The notes: a model not told the origin generated them from the sequence alone. Shown: positions 38,006-52,158, counted from the first letter of the whole stretch. The stretch is DNA of 63,269 nt, filler included, from Reticulomyxa filosa (GCA_000512085.1; 13 parts of 13 records of this genome joined end to end with filler, not necessarily neighbours in it), one strand, 5' to 3'. A program made the numbers and translations.

Positions 38006-40770
38006 GAGACTTGAATTTTGTCAAAGGCTTCGAAAATGTTTTTGCAAGTTTGAAACATGGTCCACTCAAATGTAAGAGCTTGTTGCAATGTGATATGTTG
38101 CCAATCGTGAGTAGTTGTCATTTGCAAGCTCAATTCGTGCAACTTTTGCAACTCATTGCCAAACCACATGATTCCAATACCACTACGTTTAAAAAATGTT
38201 TCCAAGAGTTCACGATTGGCTTTGACTTGCTCGTATTTCTTGGCTAAATCCCTCACTGTGTTGATATCAATTGTAGCGTTACGGATGACCATCCCTTCCC
38301 ACAATTTCAATAACTTTTCTAATCTCGCATTGGTTAGCAGCATGTCCATAGTGGCCACACTTACATTGGATTTCGCGACATTCCCACACAGTTGTTCAAA
38401 CCAATGACAAAAGTAGTCAAATACGCCCACTTTTATTTTTTGACTGATTTGCTGCAAAAAACTGTTTAAAAAAAAATATATATATATGTTAAAATGGTTA
38501 ATTGATAGAATAAAAATATATATATAAAAAGTTAACTGAAATAATTCCAAACCTTCCTCAGATGACACGAAGTTCATACTTTCGTTGGGGTCTCTTTGAT
38601 GGAATGCATTGAAATCATCCAATAATTGATCTATCAACGTATTGGCAAGTTTATGCTGAGATTCGATATCGACCCACATTCGCACCACCTTGATGCACTC
38701 ACTGCGCTCTGCTGCGTCCAATCCTATTGTCTCTTTTTCTCTGCAATACTTTACCGTCCATTTTTGCGTTATCGATCGGATTATTCGTTCTTTCACTGAT
38801 GTATTTGAGAACAAAAACACAATATATGTATAAATATGTAGATGTAAATGGAAGAAAAAAAAAAGAGTAACATGTCATAGGCATGGATGAGATGGATAGC
38901 ATGTGCAATTTGTCTGTAAAGGAAGCTTGCCATTGCTTAAACAACTTCTCAGTGCTTGCCCGGCCACAAATCGACACAAACGTATCCCAATCCAAGTCAT
39001 TGTCGACAATGCGCTTTACACACTCGGAGAAACCGTTTTCAAGATGTAACCAACTTGAAAATAAGGCACTCCAATATTCTTGTCTTGTTTCTGGAGATAA
39101 TTCATTCTAATACCCACAACAAACATAAATGAAAAATAGTGGCACAAAAATAACAACGTGTAACAGACCTTGATGGCGTGAATGAAGAAAGGTAAGAATC
39201 GGATCTCGTTTACGAAAAATGCACGCTTCGACATTTTGAATATATTGTTACTGGAAAAGGGAGGCATAATTTGTAAGATTTTGAAGAGGAGATCAGCGTT
39301 CTTTGTGCTGTTTGCATTGTCGATTATTCCGGCTATGATGTATTCATTGAGAAATTTGGCCATTTTCTCACTTGATTTCGGATCGTCTTTTGTCCATTCC
39401 AGAAGCTGTGTGACTAATGCAAGTTTGGACTCGTCGTCGAGCTGTCGGGATAATAATAGAAATTCAACCCTAAACTTTTCAAACAGAGCCACTGCTTTTT
39501 CTGAGAAATTCGACATATACTTTTTCATCATTTGGAACACTATTTTTGTGTGTATGTTTGGAATGAATGCATATCTAAGCGCAATGCAGATGTAATTGGA
39601 AAAAAAGAGGATATATACATATATATATATAACACAAAACGTTCGACGAGCCAAACATGTATCTGAACTAGCGCAACGCTGCGAGTGTCTAATAGCTGTA
39701 ACAAATACAACTCCTCTGCGGGCAGTGGTCTGTTGAGAGCTGCAACATGCTGTAGCTCCATTTCCACAAATTCAAATATGCGATCTCTTTTGACTAGCGA
39801 TTTCATTTGCAATCGCATTTGTATCACATGGTCATTCACCGCGGGATGTGCGTTTGGTATACTGAATAAATTATACCATAGCAAATGCCGATATTTTTCC
39901 ACTTCGTCTATGCGTTGAATTATTTTTTCATAGGTTATTTCTTGAAGAGATTGCAATTGCTTTTGTGTCATCATCGCTTGTAACTTTGTTGTGATTGTCT
40001 TTTTTTATTATCATTATGATTTGTTGTTGTTACAAAATCAAACAATTGAATTTTGAGCAAAGGAGGAGGAGAAAATATATACATGTATATATATCTAACC
40101 ATTGGATCTCCCAACCGTGGATTGCAAATGCTTTTATAAAGATGACAAGATTGTTCCAGTTTAATGTTTTCATTGGCATAATATGTAACCAAACAAAAAC
40201 TAAAAACGGCACGAATCATCTATTGTTGTGAGGAGACATACACATTATCACAAAAAAAATGTAATTTGCTGTTTCTTTTTTTTTTTAAACAGACAAACAA
40301 AAAAAGATAAACTTGTCCCCACTCCAGTTCCTTATCTTGTGTAATTTTGTTAAGATTCTCTCGTGTCATCAACGATAATGTTTTTAAGATTGATCCATAC
40401 TGAATCGCCTTGGCGTGTTCCTCCTTCGAATCGATGCAGTGGCGAAGAAATTCATTAATCACATTCAGGGCTATCGACACTGGAATAGTTTCATTCATAT
40501 TCCAATTCAAATATTCAAAGATAGCATGCAAATACTCTTCAAATTGTTGAACAGTAGTTAAATTTGTAAACTTTTTCCTTTCGGGGATATGTATAACTGT
40601 CACTTGCGATCGGAATGTGCACATTCTCTTGTCAATTATTGATGCGACCTGAGTGTTGTCTGCTTTTGTTTCCGTCATTTTAATATAAAAAGATATTGCT
40701 TCCATTTGAGACACTTGCTCATCCATATCCCAAATGCACCAATACACGTTGCCACCAGAATGCAATTGTT
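38006..40770 (-). CDS. Internal part of a large multi-exon helical protein, unknown function
   Basis: Chain of collinear minus-strand ORFs with protein-like composition, separated by short AT-rich GT-AG introns. Confidence 0.55.
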
Positions 40771-40870
40771 NNNNNNNNNNNNNNNNNNNNNNNNNNNNNN
40801 NNNNNNNNNNNNNNTTAATTAATTAANNNNNNNNNNNNNNNNNNNNNNNNNNNNNNNNNNNNNNNNNNNN
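40771..40870. other. Artificial contig linker
   Basis: Same 100-bp spacer. Confidence 0.99.
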
Positions 40871-42880
40871 TTAATTCAAAAACATTGTAAAAAAAAATGA
40901 ACAAATGAGCCCAATAATAAAATGTAAAAGGATCACATACCAAAAAAATTATTAATCACCTAGAACGTGTACATACACAAGATTACAAAAAAGTAGGACT
41001 ATAAGCGACAGTAACTTACTGTGACGTGGTCTCAGTGCCATATTTATTGATCGAGGAAGTACTTACGCCATCCGAAAATCCATGATATGTGCACGGCCTG
41101 AATAAAACCCAAACGATTTGGTTGTGTTCGAGTATCATGTGTTGCTGTTGCAAGGATAAGTCAAGGTGTTATTGTGGAACGCTACGCGATATGTGAGTGT
41201 GGCCATGTCGTAATTCTTTCAGTTCGTTCTCTACTAACAACTCCTTGTCGTGAGTGTCCACGCTGTATTGGTTTGCTGGCAATATCACACACACCCAGTC
41301 TTCTGTTGAATAGTTTTGCACTTGATTGTACACAATGCAAGGGTCGTTCAACGGATATGCGTTCATGTCTCTGGTCACTACCAGTATCATCCACACACAA
41401 TGACACGTTCTTTTTTGATATTTTTGTTATTGATCTTTTAAAGTACAGACAGCTATTCAAGAGTCATTGATTACAACAACAAGAACTTTTTTCCGTTCTC
41501 GTGGCCCGTTCGATCGTGTTTGTTTGACTCATGAATAAAAAAACTAATTGTTCAATTTTTATTTCCCAAAATTACTAAACTTTTTATTTATTTATTTTTT
41601 AAAATTTGTTTAAGTTCATATATTACAATTTGTGCTTCCACGCATAAACACACTTTTGTAGCTTTTACGAACTTTCCCCCTTCATGCTTGTTACATGAGA
41701 AGCTTTTCTCTTATACATTAAAGAACTTTGCATAACGTACTAGCGCTTTATTCAATTGCATGCTTAATCTACTGTTTATACTGCTGACGTGGCCTGACAG
41801 CTTGTCAGCATCAGTGCCCAGTCTCTCGTATGATACGTTCTTGGTGCACGGGTATCAAATGTTTAAACACGACGAGTTTAATATGAACAATATCTTGACT
41901 ATGCCCGATGGACGTGACCAACTCAAATACTTTTCCAAGGAGAAACTCATCATTGCAATGACCGATTGCAATTTGAAATGTATTGTTAAAAAGGTCAATA
42001 AGAAATGGGATTTCGATCCCCAAATGCATGGACTATCATTTTATCAAAGTCATGACCACTATTTAATTTGGTCACTTAAATAATAATAACATTCGAAAAG
42101 GCATGTCGAATTTTTCATTTTTTTTTGAGAAACTTTGATAAGCATGTTAAAGTTCCGAGCAATTATCATTTAGTTGAAAGAACATTCTCTCTCTTTGCGA
42201 GGCTTGTTTCAACCCGATTAGATTTATTAAAGATAATATCAAATGACAGTTTACTGGAATCCATGAGACGACAATAAGCGTATTTACAAGCTGCAAAGAT
42301 ATCTTTTTTTGGAGGAGTTTCTCATCTTGTTTACTTATCTACAAATCAAAAGCATCCAATCTTTTTTTTTCAGATAATCCTTTCTCACTCAATCAAAAAA
42401 CAACAGGTAAAACGATTGCAATACGCACAATACATAAACACATACGCAAATACAAACTGATGATATGAAAGATAGGAAAATGGTAAGTGAGCATTTTTGC
42501 ACGCGTGGAGGCTCCGAACATTTTGTTCTTGTTTTTTTTTTTGGAAATCATTAAAACATTCACTATAGCCGCTTTTTTCATTTTTTTTTGAAGATTATGC
42601 CTTTTTTTTTAGTGTATATACATTTAATCTGTTTAAGTAAAAGAAATTTTAGATAAAAAAAGATAAACTTTTTTAGCATTAAACTAATAATGAACATACA
42701 AAAACTCCAACAAATTTCATTTTTCAATGAATTCGTCATTTCTATAAATCGTTCACCACTAATTTAAAATTTTACAAATACATTCGCTTGCCACAAATTT
42801 TTTTTGTTATTATCTTAAAGTGGCTTTGTTGCTCGTTTGGTGTCAAGTAGAAGTGGAGGGGGAAAAACTAGGAGAAAGTA

Positions 42881-43366
42881 TTGGTTAGTTATTCAAACAG
42901 TAACATGGAATTGTCGTTAGTGTTGGTGATACTGCATGTATTAAGTGCATTCGTGGTGCTGCTAAATGCAAATAAGGCAAATGCGAGCAGTTGCAGCTGG
43001 ACTAGTGGACAAACACACTTTAACCAACATGACCGTATGAATATATTGTTGATATCATGTGATATATTTCTCAAACACTCGGCCAATTACATGTGGAAGT
43101 ATGATCAAGGTCTACAAATCTGCAATAACGTGGCAACATCATCATTACAAATTTCCAACATTGAATCGATGCAATCAGAAAACGAAATTATACGTGTTCT
43201 TCAAAACAATTTTGTTAACAGTCCAAATCAGTCCAAGAGCAATTTTAACACAAAATCATTGGTCATTAATAAGTGCACATCCACTTCGAGTTTGTCATCA
43301 ACGGTCTACAAATTCACATTTCAACAGACAACATTCAGGTACATAATAATGATAGGACGAATAAAA
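42881..43366 (+). pseudogene. Gene fragment, possibly RNF213-like
   Basis: LQISNIESMQSENEIIRVLQNNF weakly resembles the RNF213 late-AAA segment. Confidence 0.25.
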
Positions 43367-43466
43367 NNNNNNNNNNNNNNNNNNNNNNNNNNNNNNNNNN
43401 NNNNNNNNNNTTAATTAATTAANNNNNNNNNNNNNNNNNNNNNNNNNNNNNNNNNNNNNNNNNNNN
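43367..43466. other. Artificial contig linker
   Basis: Same 100-bp spacer. Confidence 0.99.
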
Positions 43467-43499
43467 TGTGTGTGTGTGTGTGTATGGTCACGACAATAC

Positions 43500-46400
43500 A
43501 AACAAACCTTTGTTAGTAATGCCTTGCAATTTTTGTAAGCACGCACACACTATTTTTACACAATAGAATTGTATTAATCTTTTTTGATCATCAGGAGTTT
43601 GATCTTTTCGGATTCGTCGTGCAGGGAAAGACTAAGGTAATAGTATCCCCCCCCATTGAAAAAGAGAGTGCACAAAGAAAAGAACTTATGTACATTTATG
43701 TATGTATACGTATACGTGCACGTAACACTAAACTCTTAAAATACGTTCAAATAATAGATACACTTTGTGTTTTTGAATCCGCTCTTCCATGACTTTGGTC
43801 AACAACACCATCAAGACGTGGTCCAGGTCTGGCATTGCCGTAGGTGACAAATAGAGGGACACTCGCCCACTGTTGAATCCGCCTCGAGGTTTCCATTGGT
43901 TGATCATCTTGGCATAGGCAATATCAAAGACCATGGAAACAATAAACTCGATATGCGCATTTTCGTCTCCGACGAGTTCGTCTCTGATTCGTTTGTTGCT
44001 TTGCAGGCCTTTCCACAAAAACTTGATGGCGATCACACCATAGCCAAGATCGACATTATGTCCGGCAATGAACAATTGCAAATAATCGCGCAGCACCGAC
44101 AGCAGCAATGCCAATGTGCAATCAACGTAGCTTATTTGCAATTGATTGACAGTACTGACATTAAACAACTCACTTAGCGACTCCACGGTAAAGGGTAGAC
44201 GTGGACACGAGTTGATGGCAGTGCATTGGGATGGCTCCGTTCCAAAGACCAAACTGAACAAAAATATCCAAATGCGTGGATGTGGCTCTAATCTCGGTAG
44301 CAACAAGGCGAGGATTTGGAAGCCACTCATATCGTGGAACGTGCTTATATAACTATCGACGGTCATCATTATTTTGTTGAGTAAGCATATGGCCGCTCGA
44401 TTCACCTGTCTTCCCAACGCCGGAGTCAAGAATTTGGAAAACCAAAAGATGTTCAATTTCTCGCACATACGTGCAAAGTTTGTTGAAAACTCTGCGTCGA
44501 AAAGGATATTGCCAAGCATGGCCGTCATCCATGAAGAATCTTCTTTGGTGGCAGCGGTCAAGACCGTGGATAGATTTTGCTTCGAATGGCTTTGGGGCTC
44601 TTTTTCTTCTTTTCCTTGATTGTTATTGTTGCTTTGATTATTATTCTCATTGTTATTTTCGTCGTCGTCATCGTCATCGTCATCATCTTCATCATTATCA
44701 TCATCTTCTTCTTCATCGTCATCGTCATCATCCTCGTCATCACCGTCCTCATTCTCGTCGTCCTCGTTGTCATTGCCATGCTTGTTATTGCCATCTTTGG
44801 TGGTGATGATGGTGGTGGTGGTGATGTTGTTGTCTTTGCTCTCTTTTTCATTGTTGTTATTAGTTTTATTATTTATGCTGCTGTTATTGTTATTATTATT
44901 GTTGTTGTTGTTGTTGTTGTTATGATCTGCACGCAGGTCTGACCTACTTGCGTCGGCTTTGTTGGCCGCGGATATCCCGCTGGAGGCTGCAGTGCTGTTG
45001 CGACCATGGCTTTTCTTGTTGCCGTTGTGATTCTTAAGTGGCGACAGGCCGAATGCGGATTTGGTGTTTTCATGCAATCCTCTTGCGTGGACAATGTTGT
45101 TGTGAATATACACAAAGAATATCTTCATAAATTCGACAACGATATCCTCGTGTTTCATAAAGTTGTCCAACTCATTCCAAGACCACGCACCATTGTTTCG
45201 ATTCGTGTTGGTAGAGGCCTGCAATTGAGACACTCGCTTGTTGGAGTTTGGAGTCTCTTCTTTTTTTTTTTGACCTTGCGATTTGATTAGGTCGGCTTTC
45301 AACAAAAGACTATCTCGAGAGGGTTTTTCTAACTTTGCCGGAGGGACCAAAGTCGAGTCGTCTCTTGTCCTTGTTTGAATTGCTTTTTTGGTGTGAAGTT
45401 CATGTGATTCAGTTGACTTTTTTTTTTCACGCTTGTTATTGTTATTAGTCTTATTGTTATTGTTGTTGTCATTTGGTTGCGAATAATGCTGCATATATTC
45501 AAATTCCACATCAATGGCATAATCGACCAAAAATGCTGCCACCACATTCAATTCTTCTTCGCGGAAGTTTTCCATGATTAGACGCTCTGCGAATTGAAAC
45601 ATGATTGACTTGGTTTGGATATTGACTTGCCGATGTGACAATATATGTAATATGTCATCCATCGTTTCCAAATCGCGGAATCGCATGGCATTCCACTTCC
45701 TCGAGCTTAGCGTAGACAGCGTTTTCGAATGCGACGATGCCGGCAGTCCACTGATCCGACTAAATTGCAACGCCTTTTGCATCCCCTCCATATTCAATAT
45801 GGCCGGTCCATCCATGCACAATTGGTTCAACCATCCGTACAGCGTGTTTTGGATGGTAGTGGAGACTTGGCTCCAAATCTGATAATCCAGCAGCACATAT
45901 TTCATTAGTAATGTGTTTGCAAGTAGCGCCTTTTCTTTGACATAGCGCTCGCTGCTGCTCCACACACCACTTTGCAATGTCGTTTTTGTCAAAGAAGAAT
46001 TTTGTGCTTGGTTATTGCTGTTACTATTATTATTAGTGGTAGCAGTATTGTTAGTATTGTCAGTATTAGCATTACTATTGTTTTTGGTATTAATATCGGT
46101 ATCTTTTGCCAGCAAATAACGTCGTTCAATTACAATTGGCAATTCCAACCAAGATAAACCCTTTTGATGCAATTCTTTATGATCCAATCCCATGGCCAAA
46201 TCTTCATTACCTTCAGTCGCGGCGGTTGACCCGGCTTCTGTTGCATTGACCAAAGGTGCATTGGCCAAGGAATCACTCACGGCACTGTCCACAGCACCAT
46301 GTCGGATGCCTCCATGGGCCAGCAAGGCCGTGTCCATTGACGTGACTGTCCCGTCCATACCTCGACTATGCATTGCACGCAAGCGACTGGTCGTCGCGCT

Positions 46401-46810
46401 GACTGAGTGCTCTCTTGCACCAACGGAAGGCTCTTCGTTGGTAAGCACCGTTTGAGTGACTGCGCCGATCCTCTTTTTGTACGACGATTCGGGACTGCCT
46501 ACGTGATTGTACAGCGCGATTTCGGGGTCGGAGATCCTCACATCGCGCGTGCTATTGCGATTGTGAACAAGATACTGCTGAATCGTTTGTGGCACGGTAT
46601 TCGTGACCATTGACATTAATACCGACACGAGTTCCAATGTTATCAATTCCGTGTTTTCTCGCAACATATTTCCAATAAGTTCATATCCTCCAATTCTCGC
46701 CATATCGACCAAATTTCTCGGATTGTTTGCTAAAAACGCTGCCAGCAATGCGCATTGATCAGACATTGTTTTGGCCGAATGAACACGAGATAAGAATCCA
46801 AACAAGTTCT
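43500..46810 (-). CDS. BEACH-family protein (WDFY3/ALFY/Lvs-like), internal armadillo-like region
   Basis: 1025-aa open exon: NLVDMARIGGYELIGNML; LLANTLLMKYVLLDYQIW; LNIFWFSKFL...VNRAAICLL...GFQILALLLP...IFLFSLVFG, collinear with WDFY3-type proteins. The BEACH domain itself is outside the contig. Confidence 0.7.
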
Positions 46811-46833
46811 ATATATATGTATATATATATATA

Positions 46834-46836
46834 TAT

Positions 46837-46879
<43 letters not shown>

Positions 46880-46881
46880 TT
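46834..46881. repeat. (TTTA)n microsatellite (intronic, contig end)
   Basis: Direct reading. Confidence 0.95.
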
Positions 46882-46981
46882 NNNNNNNNNNNNNNNNNNN
46901 NNNNNNNNNNNNNNNNNNNNNNNNNTTAATTAATTAANNNNNNNNNNNNNNNNNNNNNNNNNNNNNNNNNNNNNNNNNNNN
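46882..46981. other. Artificial contig linker
   Basis: Same 100-bp spacer. Confidence 0.99.
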
Positions 46982-46983
46982 TT

Positions 46984-47014
<31 letters not shown>

Positions 47015-47029
47015 TTAATAATAATAAAT

Positions 47030-47360
47030 TTGAACGTAACGTATATTCAATGTGATCGAAGAATGAATTGCGGGCAATTACACCTCTTTGCATCAGACGC
47101 ACATCGGGAACGGTTTTTAGTACTCGAATGGGCCATCCAGATGCGTCCAACGGCATCTGGTTCTTCGTATCCCAAACATCACAACATTGACACTCCAAGT
47201 GATGGTAGTACAACTGCTTGTTCGAACATATCACGCCACACGAACAGTACACTTGATACGTACCCTCAACCGAGGCCGCTGTCTTCAATATTGGGATATG
47301 CAAGCCTGCCAATTCTTTATCAACTGATATTGGCGATGATTTTTCTTTTTCTTCGCTCAT
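47030..47360 (-). CDS. First exon of a Cys/His-rich hypothetical protein (possibly running into a SET domain)
   Basis: ATG start; CSCG...HHLECQCC; IRVLKT...RGVIAR resembles a SET N-terminus (weak). Confidence 0.4.
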
Positions 47361-47643
47361 TATTGATACACTTGCTCCAATAATAATGTTTTTTTAAAAA
47401 AGTAGACCCCTTTCTTCAAGTTTCAGTTGTGTGGGTTTGAGAAACCGAGATTAATTGACCAGGGTGTTATTGAAGGAAGCCACGAAAAAGAGAGCAAAAG
47501 CGCAAAAATAAGAAAACAGAAAGAGTGAAAAGGGGCAACTGACGGGGGGGGGGGGGAACGGAGGAAAAAAAAAAGTCGTGGGAGATGAGCGCGTATTTGA
47601 ATCAACTAAAAGATAGGAAAAAAAAAAAAAGAAGATAGCATCG

Positions 47644-48135
47644 TTGACAACACAATCCGAAAATCCGCCAACACTATCATTGGAGGAAGAAGGTGGAGAT
47701 GGGGTAAAGAAAAGTGAGAAGAAGAAAAAAAAGAAAGTGAAAAAGCAAAGCGACGAAACAAAAAAGAAAGAAAACGAGATGAAAATGGACGAGAGAAAAG
47801 AAGCATCAAAAAAGAATGGGAATGAAAATAAGCCGAATAAAATCCAAACAAAAGTAGGTTCACCGATGGTGAGAAATGGGACAACCTCCCCTTATAAAGC
47901 AGTGGTGACACCTCGAAAGCACAACAACACAAATAATGGCAATAGCAAAACAGAGAACAAAGTACAAAGTCATAGTGAGTGGTACTATGAAAACAGTTTG
48001 ACAGAAGAGTCGACAATGGGGAGTGTCAATAGTCTAAGTGGTGATCGGTTGTCACTGTTAATTCATTGTAGCAATCGAAGTCCAAGTGAACTATGGAATG
48101 CAACATTTGCCACTTTGAGTTCTCCCAGAAATAAC

Positions 48136-48182
<47 letters not shown>

Positions 48183-48554
48183 TAACAATAATAATAATAA
48201 TAATTCAAAAACGCGGCCGGTTTCATTGATTCGTTCGTCTTCGAAACACAGCACTAAGTTTTCATGGGATAGCGACGCTTCCAGTGTCTCGCTGTTCAGT
48301 CCGTCGGAAAAAAAAGAACTGGAAGAAAAGTTTGCCTTGATGGAGGAAACGTGGCACAATGAATGGGTCAATAATATGGACACCGACCATTCATTTACAA
48401 ACGTTAAAGAGTACAACGCTCTCAACTCCATCCCTGAAGACTGCGATATGGATGAAAAACAAGTTCATCCCAATGACAACGACAATGGCAACACCGCTCC
48501 TCCCAAAAATTCAAAAAAAAACGCCAAACGCAAGGAAATTGTTGTCACCATTTA

Positions 48555-48555
<1 letters not shown>
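47644..48555 (+). CDS. Low-complexity Lys/Asn/Ser-rich hypothetical protein exon
   Basis: 303-aa ORF with poly-N encoded by (AAT)n at about 48130-48204. Confidence 0.55.
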
Positions 48556-48591
<36 letters not shown>

Positions 48592-48599
48592 TTTTTTTT

Positions 48600-48699
48600 N
48601 NNNNNNNNNNNNNNNNNNNNNNNNNNNNNNNNNNNNNNNNNNNTTAATTAATTAANNNNNNNNNNNNNNNNNNNNNNNNNNNNNNNNNNNNNNNNNNNN
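48600..48699. other. Artificial contig linker
   Basis: Same 100-bp spacer. Confidence 0.99.
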
Positions 48700-48761
48700 T
48701 TTATATATATTTATATATATTTATATATATTTATATATATATAAATATGTATTATGCATAG

Positions 48762-49379
48762 GCGTTGCACATGTCATTCAGTTCGTTGATGCAATTGGTA
48801 GGAGGACTGGCAATGATTGCAAGGGAGTTTGGAAATAAACCTGATCTGTGGAAACGATGCAAAGAACTATTACAACAAATCTGGAAGAAGTTGAAAAGCT
48901 TCATCTTTTGGATTTTACGGAAGCAACAACCACAAACTGATTCTTCGTCCACTCCACAATCCTCTTCTTCACTAAATCAACCTCAAACTCCGAATCATGA
49001 CAATAACAGTTCTTTCTTTTTTTTAAAAAAAATAAAAAAATAAAAATTGAAATTTGAATAATTAAGATAAACAATTCTCTTTTTACTTTTTTTTTATTTT
49101 TAATGTGTCGAATAAAAAATATAAAAAGATCCAGAAAAATCACCTGGAGTGTTAACCATGGGCGTCCTTTTCTTTGGATTACTGGTTGTACTTCAATGGA
49201 TTTGGAGATGGGTGCGCGGCGAATTGCATCGGCCATCACCACAGATTCAAGCCAATCCACAAAATGCAATGCTACCTGTCAATCAGTTTTCACCTTCCAT
49301 GCCTATGATGTCTTATAACTCCCCTTTCAGTTACTTCTCTTCTCAGACTCCTATGTATCCCTCCAGTCCTCTCTTTTGA
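48762..49379 (+). CDS. Probable peroxin-13-like membrane protein, 3' exons
   Basis: ALHMSFSSLMQLVGG resembles the PEX13 A.H.SF..+..L block; the last exon has a TM helix (VLFFGLLVVLQWIWRW) and no SH3 domain. Confidence 0.4.
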
Positions 49380-50052
49380 GTGCGTGTATTGTGTGTTGTC
49401 TCTCTTCCGACTATCTTTGCTTTTATTTTATCTTTGACCTGGTTCTCAACGGAGGAGAGAGCTCACTCTTTTTTAAGAGTGGTAATTTTTAACGAGAGAA
49501 AGAGACGTCTTAAATCAACATTTTTTTTTTTTGCTTCACACTGTTTTTAGCAATCATTTTTTCCCTTTTTTGCTTGTTTTTTAAATTTTCCTACTTCACA
49601 AATCCAACATTATTAAAGTTCATTTCTCAACTTTTTTTACACTGATGTCTATTTTTTTATTAAATGAATTACACAAAACTTCCTTGTAAATTTGGATTCC
49701 CTTTGGTAAGTTCGGTTCTACACGGATTTTAACTAGGGCCTAAAAAAAAAAAAAATCGGGTTATTCCTTCCAACATTTTGGTAGACGATATCAATTTTTT
49801 AAAAACCTCCATTTTTCCAATATTCGTAAAATAGTGCAACTCATTTTCACACGATGCTACATTCTTTGAACCAAATTAAAAACAGAGCAAAATCAACTAA
49901 TTAAAGAGACGTTCGAGAGAAACACCCCTTTTTTAAAAAAATTGAAAAAAAACTAGTGAAATTTGCTTGTTCAGCAAATTTAAACAGTGGTATAATAAAG
50001 GCGCGTGGTTTAAAAAGGTTAAATTAGGACTCGGTTTGACTTGAAAGGAGAG

Positions 50053-50788
50053 ATGACAAGTAAAAAAGAAGCATCGGAAAGAAAGGTGATAGACGGTGTA
50101 GTGTTGGAGAGTGGAAAGGAGGACATTCAGCCGTATGAGCGAAGTAGTTGTAAAAGAGGCGAAGGAATAGCAAGAAGATTGGAAGGAGATAGAAGTGGAA
50201 AAAAGAAAGGAAAAGAAGAGGAAGAAAGTGTGAGAAAGAAAAAAATGAAAAAAGAAAGAGAAGAATGGGAAAAATATGTAGAAGGAAAAGGAGAAGAAGA
50301 TTTAAAAGAAAAGAATAATGAAGAAAAAGAAATAGAATTGGAAAGATGGATAAAATATATGAATTGGATTAAAGTGAATTATCCAACAATGGATAATGCA
50401 GAATCAAAATTAAATCAAGTATTAGAAAGATGTTGTAAAAAATATCAAGAAAAAGAAAAATATAGAAATAATAAAAAATATATTAAAATATGGTTGGAAT
50501 ATATAAATACCTGTCAAGATAAATTGGAAATATTTAATTGGTTGAGACAAATGAAGATTGGTGAACGTTTGCCTTTATTTTGGAGAGCATGGGCAACTGT
50601 TGCAGAAAAAGAAATGAAATTTACATTATCTGAACAAATTTTGAGAGAAGCAATGAAGCAACATTTTTTAAAGCAAGATCAAGATTTACAAGATATTCAA
50701 AAGGCATATCAACAATTTTGTATTCGAGTATCTAAAAGAATGCGTCGACATCAAGATATTGATAATAATAATAATAATAATAATAATA
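50053..50788 (+). CDS. BUB1: BUB1/MAD3 (MadBub) N-terminal TPR domain protein, 3' truncated
   Basis: KEDIQP; LERWIKYMNWIKVNYP; LNQVLERC...KYRNNKKYIKIWLEY; IFNWLRQMKIGERLPLFWRAWA match Mad3/Bub1 homology region 1. Confidence 0.88.
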
Positions 50789-50888
50789 NNNNNNNNNNNN
50801 NNNNNNNNNNNNNNNNNNNNNNNNNNNNNNNNTTAATTAATTAANNNNNNNNNNNNNNNNNNNNNNNNNNNNNNNNNNNNNNNNNNNN
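50789..50888. other. Artificial contig linker
   Basis: Same 100-bp spacer. Confidence 0.99.
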
Positions 50889-50899
50889 AAAAAAAAAAA

Positions 50900-52158
50900 A
50901 ATTCAAAAAAAACTGAAAGAAATAAGCGATGATAGCCGAAGTGGTGGCGTTGGGATATTGCTTGCACACATACGCCACCATGATCGCCCAGGATATGCCT
51001 CCCAGATAGCCCAGCACATTGGAATAGATACATCGTTCTGTAATTAACGTAAACACACTCAACTAAACACGCAAGAGGTTCCAAAACCAAACAAAACGCA
51101 AAAAGAAATACATAACGGCGAGCCCAGAATTTAATTGCTCGGAGGGATTTTTGGAAAACAGTCCAATTTGGAACTTGTTTCTTGATCAATCGCGTTGTTC
51201 TTGCGCCTTTGGTTGTGTGTATTTGCACATCGACAAAGGGGAGACAAGAGAGCGAGGAGCGAGACAAGAACACACACACACACAAAAAGACCATTGACAC
51301 TCATAATCGACTCTTTGTTAGGAGCGACGCAGCTGTTGTCAAACAAATCCAAGGTGGTGGGGTCGATCATGTCTTTGTTCCATTGTGCGTAGACCATGTC
51401 GATGTCAATGTCCATATATGTAAACTTTAACAAAGGCACAAATGCAGATGGAATGCTCTATTCAAAACAAACAAACAAAAGTAAACGTAAAATAAATAAA
51501 TATAAATAAATAAATAAGGAATTGTTTTTGCTATAACCAAAATATTGCAAATGTTGGAATTGGCCCGCAAAATAGTGACAAATTGTGAAAAAAAGTCTTG
51601 TTGTCTGATGTGTCTCGGGCCAATGCACAACAAGTCCATATCCGAAGACTCAAAGTGAACACCTAATTCGTAGGAACCATAGCAACACACATATGCTCTC
51701 TGCTGCTCATCATCCATTCGTCCTTTCGAACACGACACTGTTCGAATCCATTCACAAGCCATTTTCTCAATATCTGCTATCACGCGAGTGCGCTTTGCTG
51801 ACATTTCCTATGTTTATATTTATATTTATATTTATGTATATATATATATATATATTTTTTTTTTTTTTATAACACAAAACAAATTATCGAGTAAATACAA
51901 GTAAGCAAGATAAAAGATTCAAACAAAAATAAAAATAGTAAATGGTGGATTGCTTTTTCATCCTCCCCTCCATTGAAATGTTTGCGGCGTAGTAACTGTT
52001 GATTCAATCAGAATAAAATGTTCGGACGCAGTGACGTCTGCCAATGCTTCATCCAAGTTTAATTCATTTTGATCAATGGTCAAAAAATCCGTTACAATTT
52101 TTTCTTTTTTCTTTTCACTGGCTTGTTGTGTTGTTGAATCTGCTGACAATTGTTCATT
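50900..52158 (-). CDS. PAP: Canonical poly(A) polymerase, N-terminal/catalytic exons
   Basis: YGSYELGVH...SDMDLLC; VPLLKF...IDIDMVYA; SVNG|ART; LRAIKFWARR|.IYSNVLGYLGGISWAIMVA.VC.QYPNA. Confidence 0.92.
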
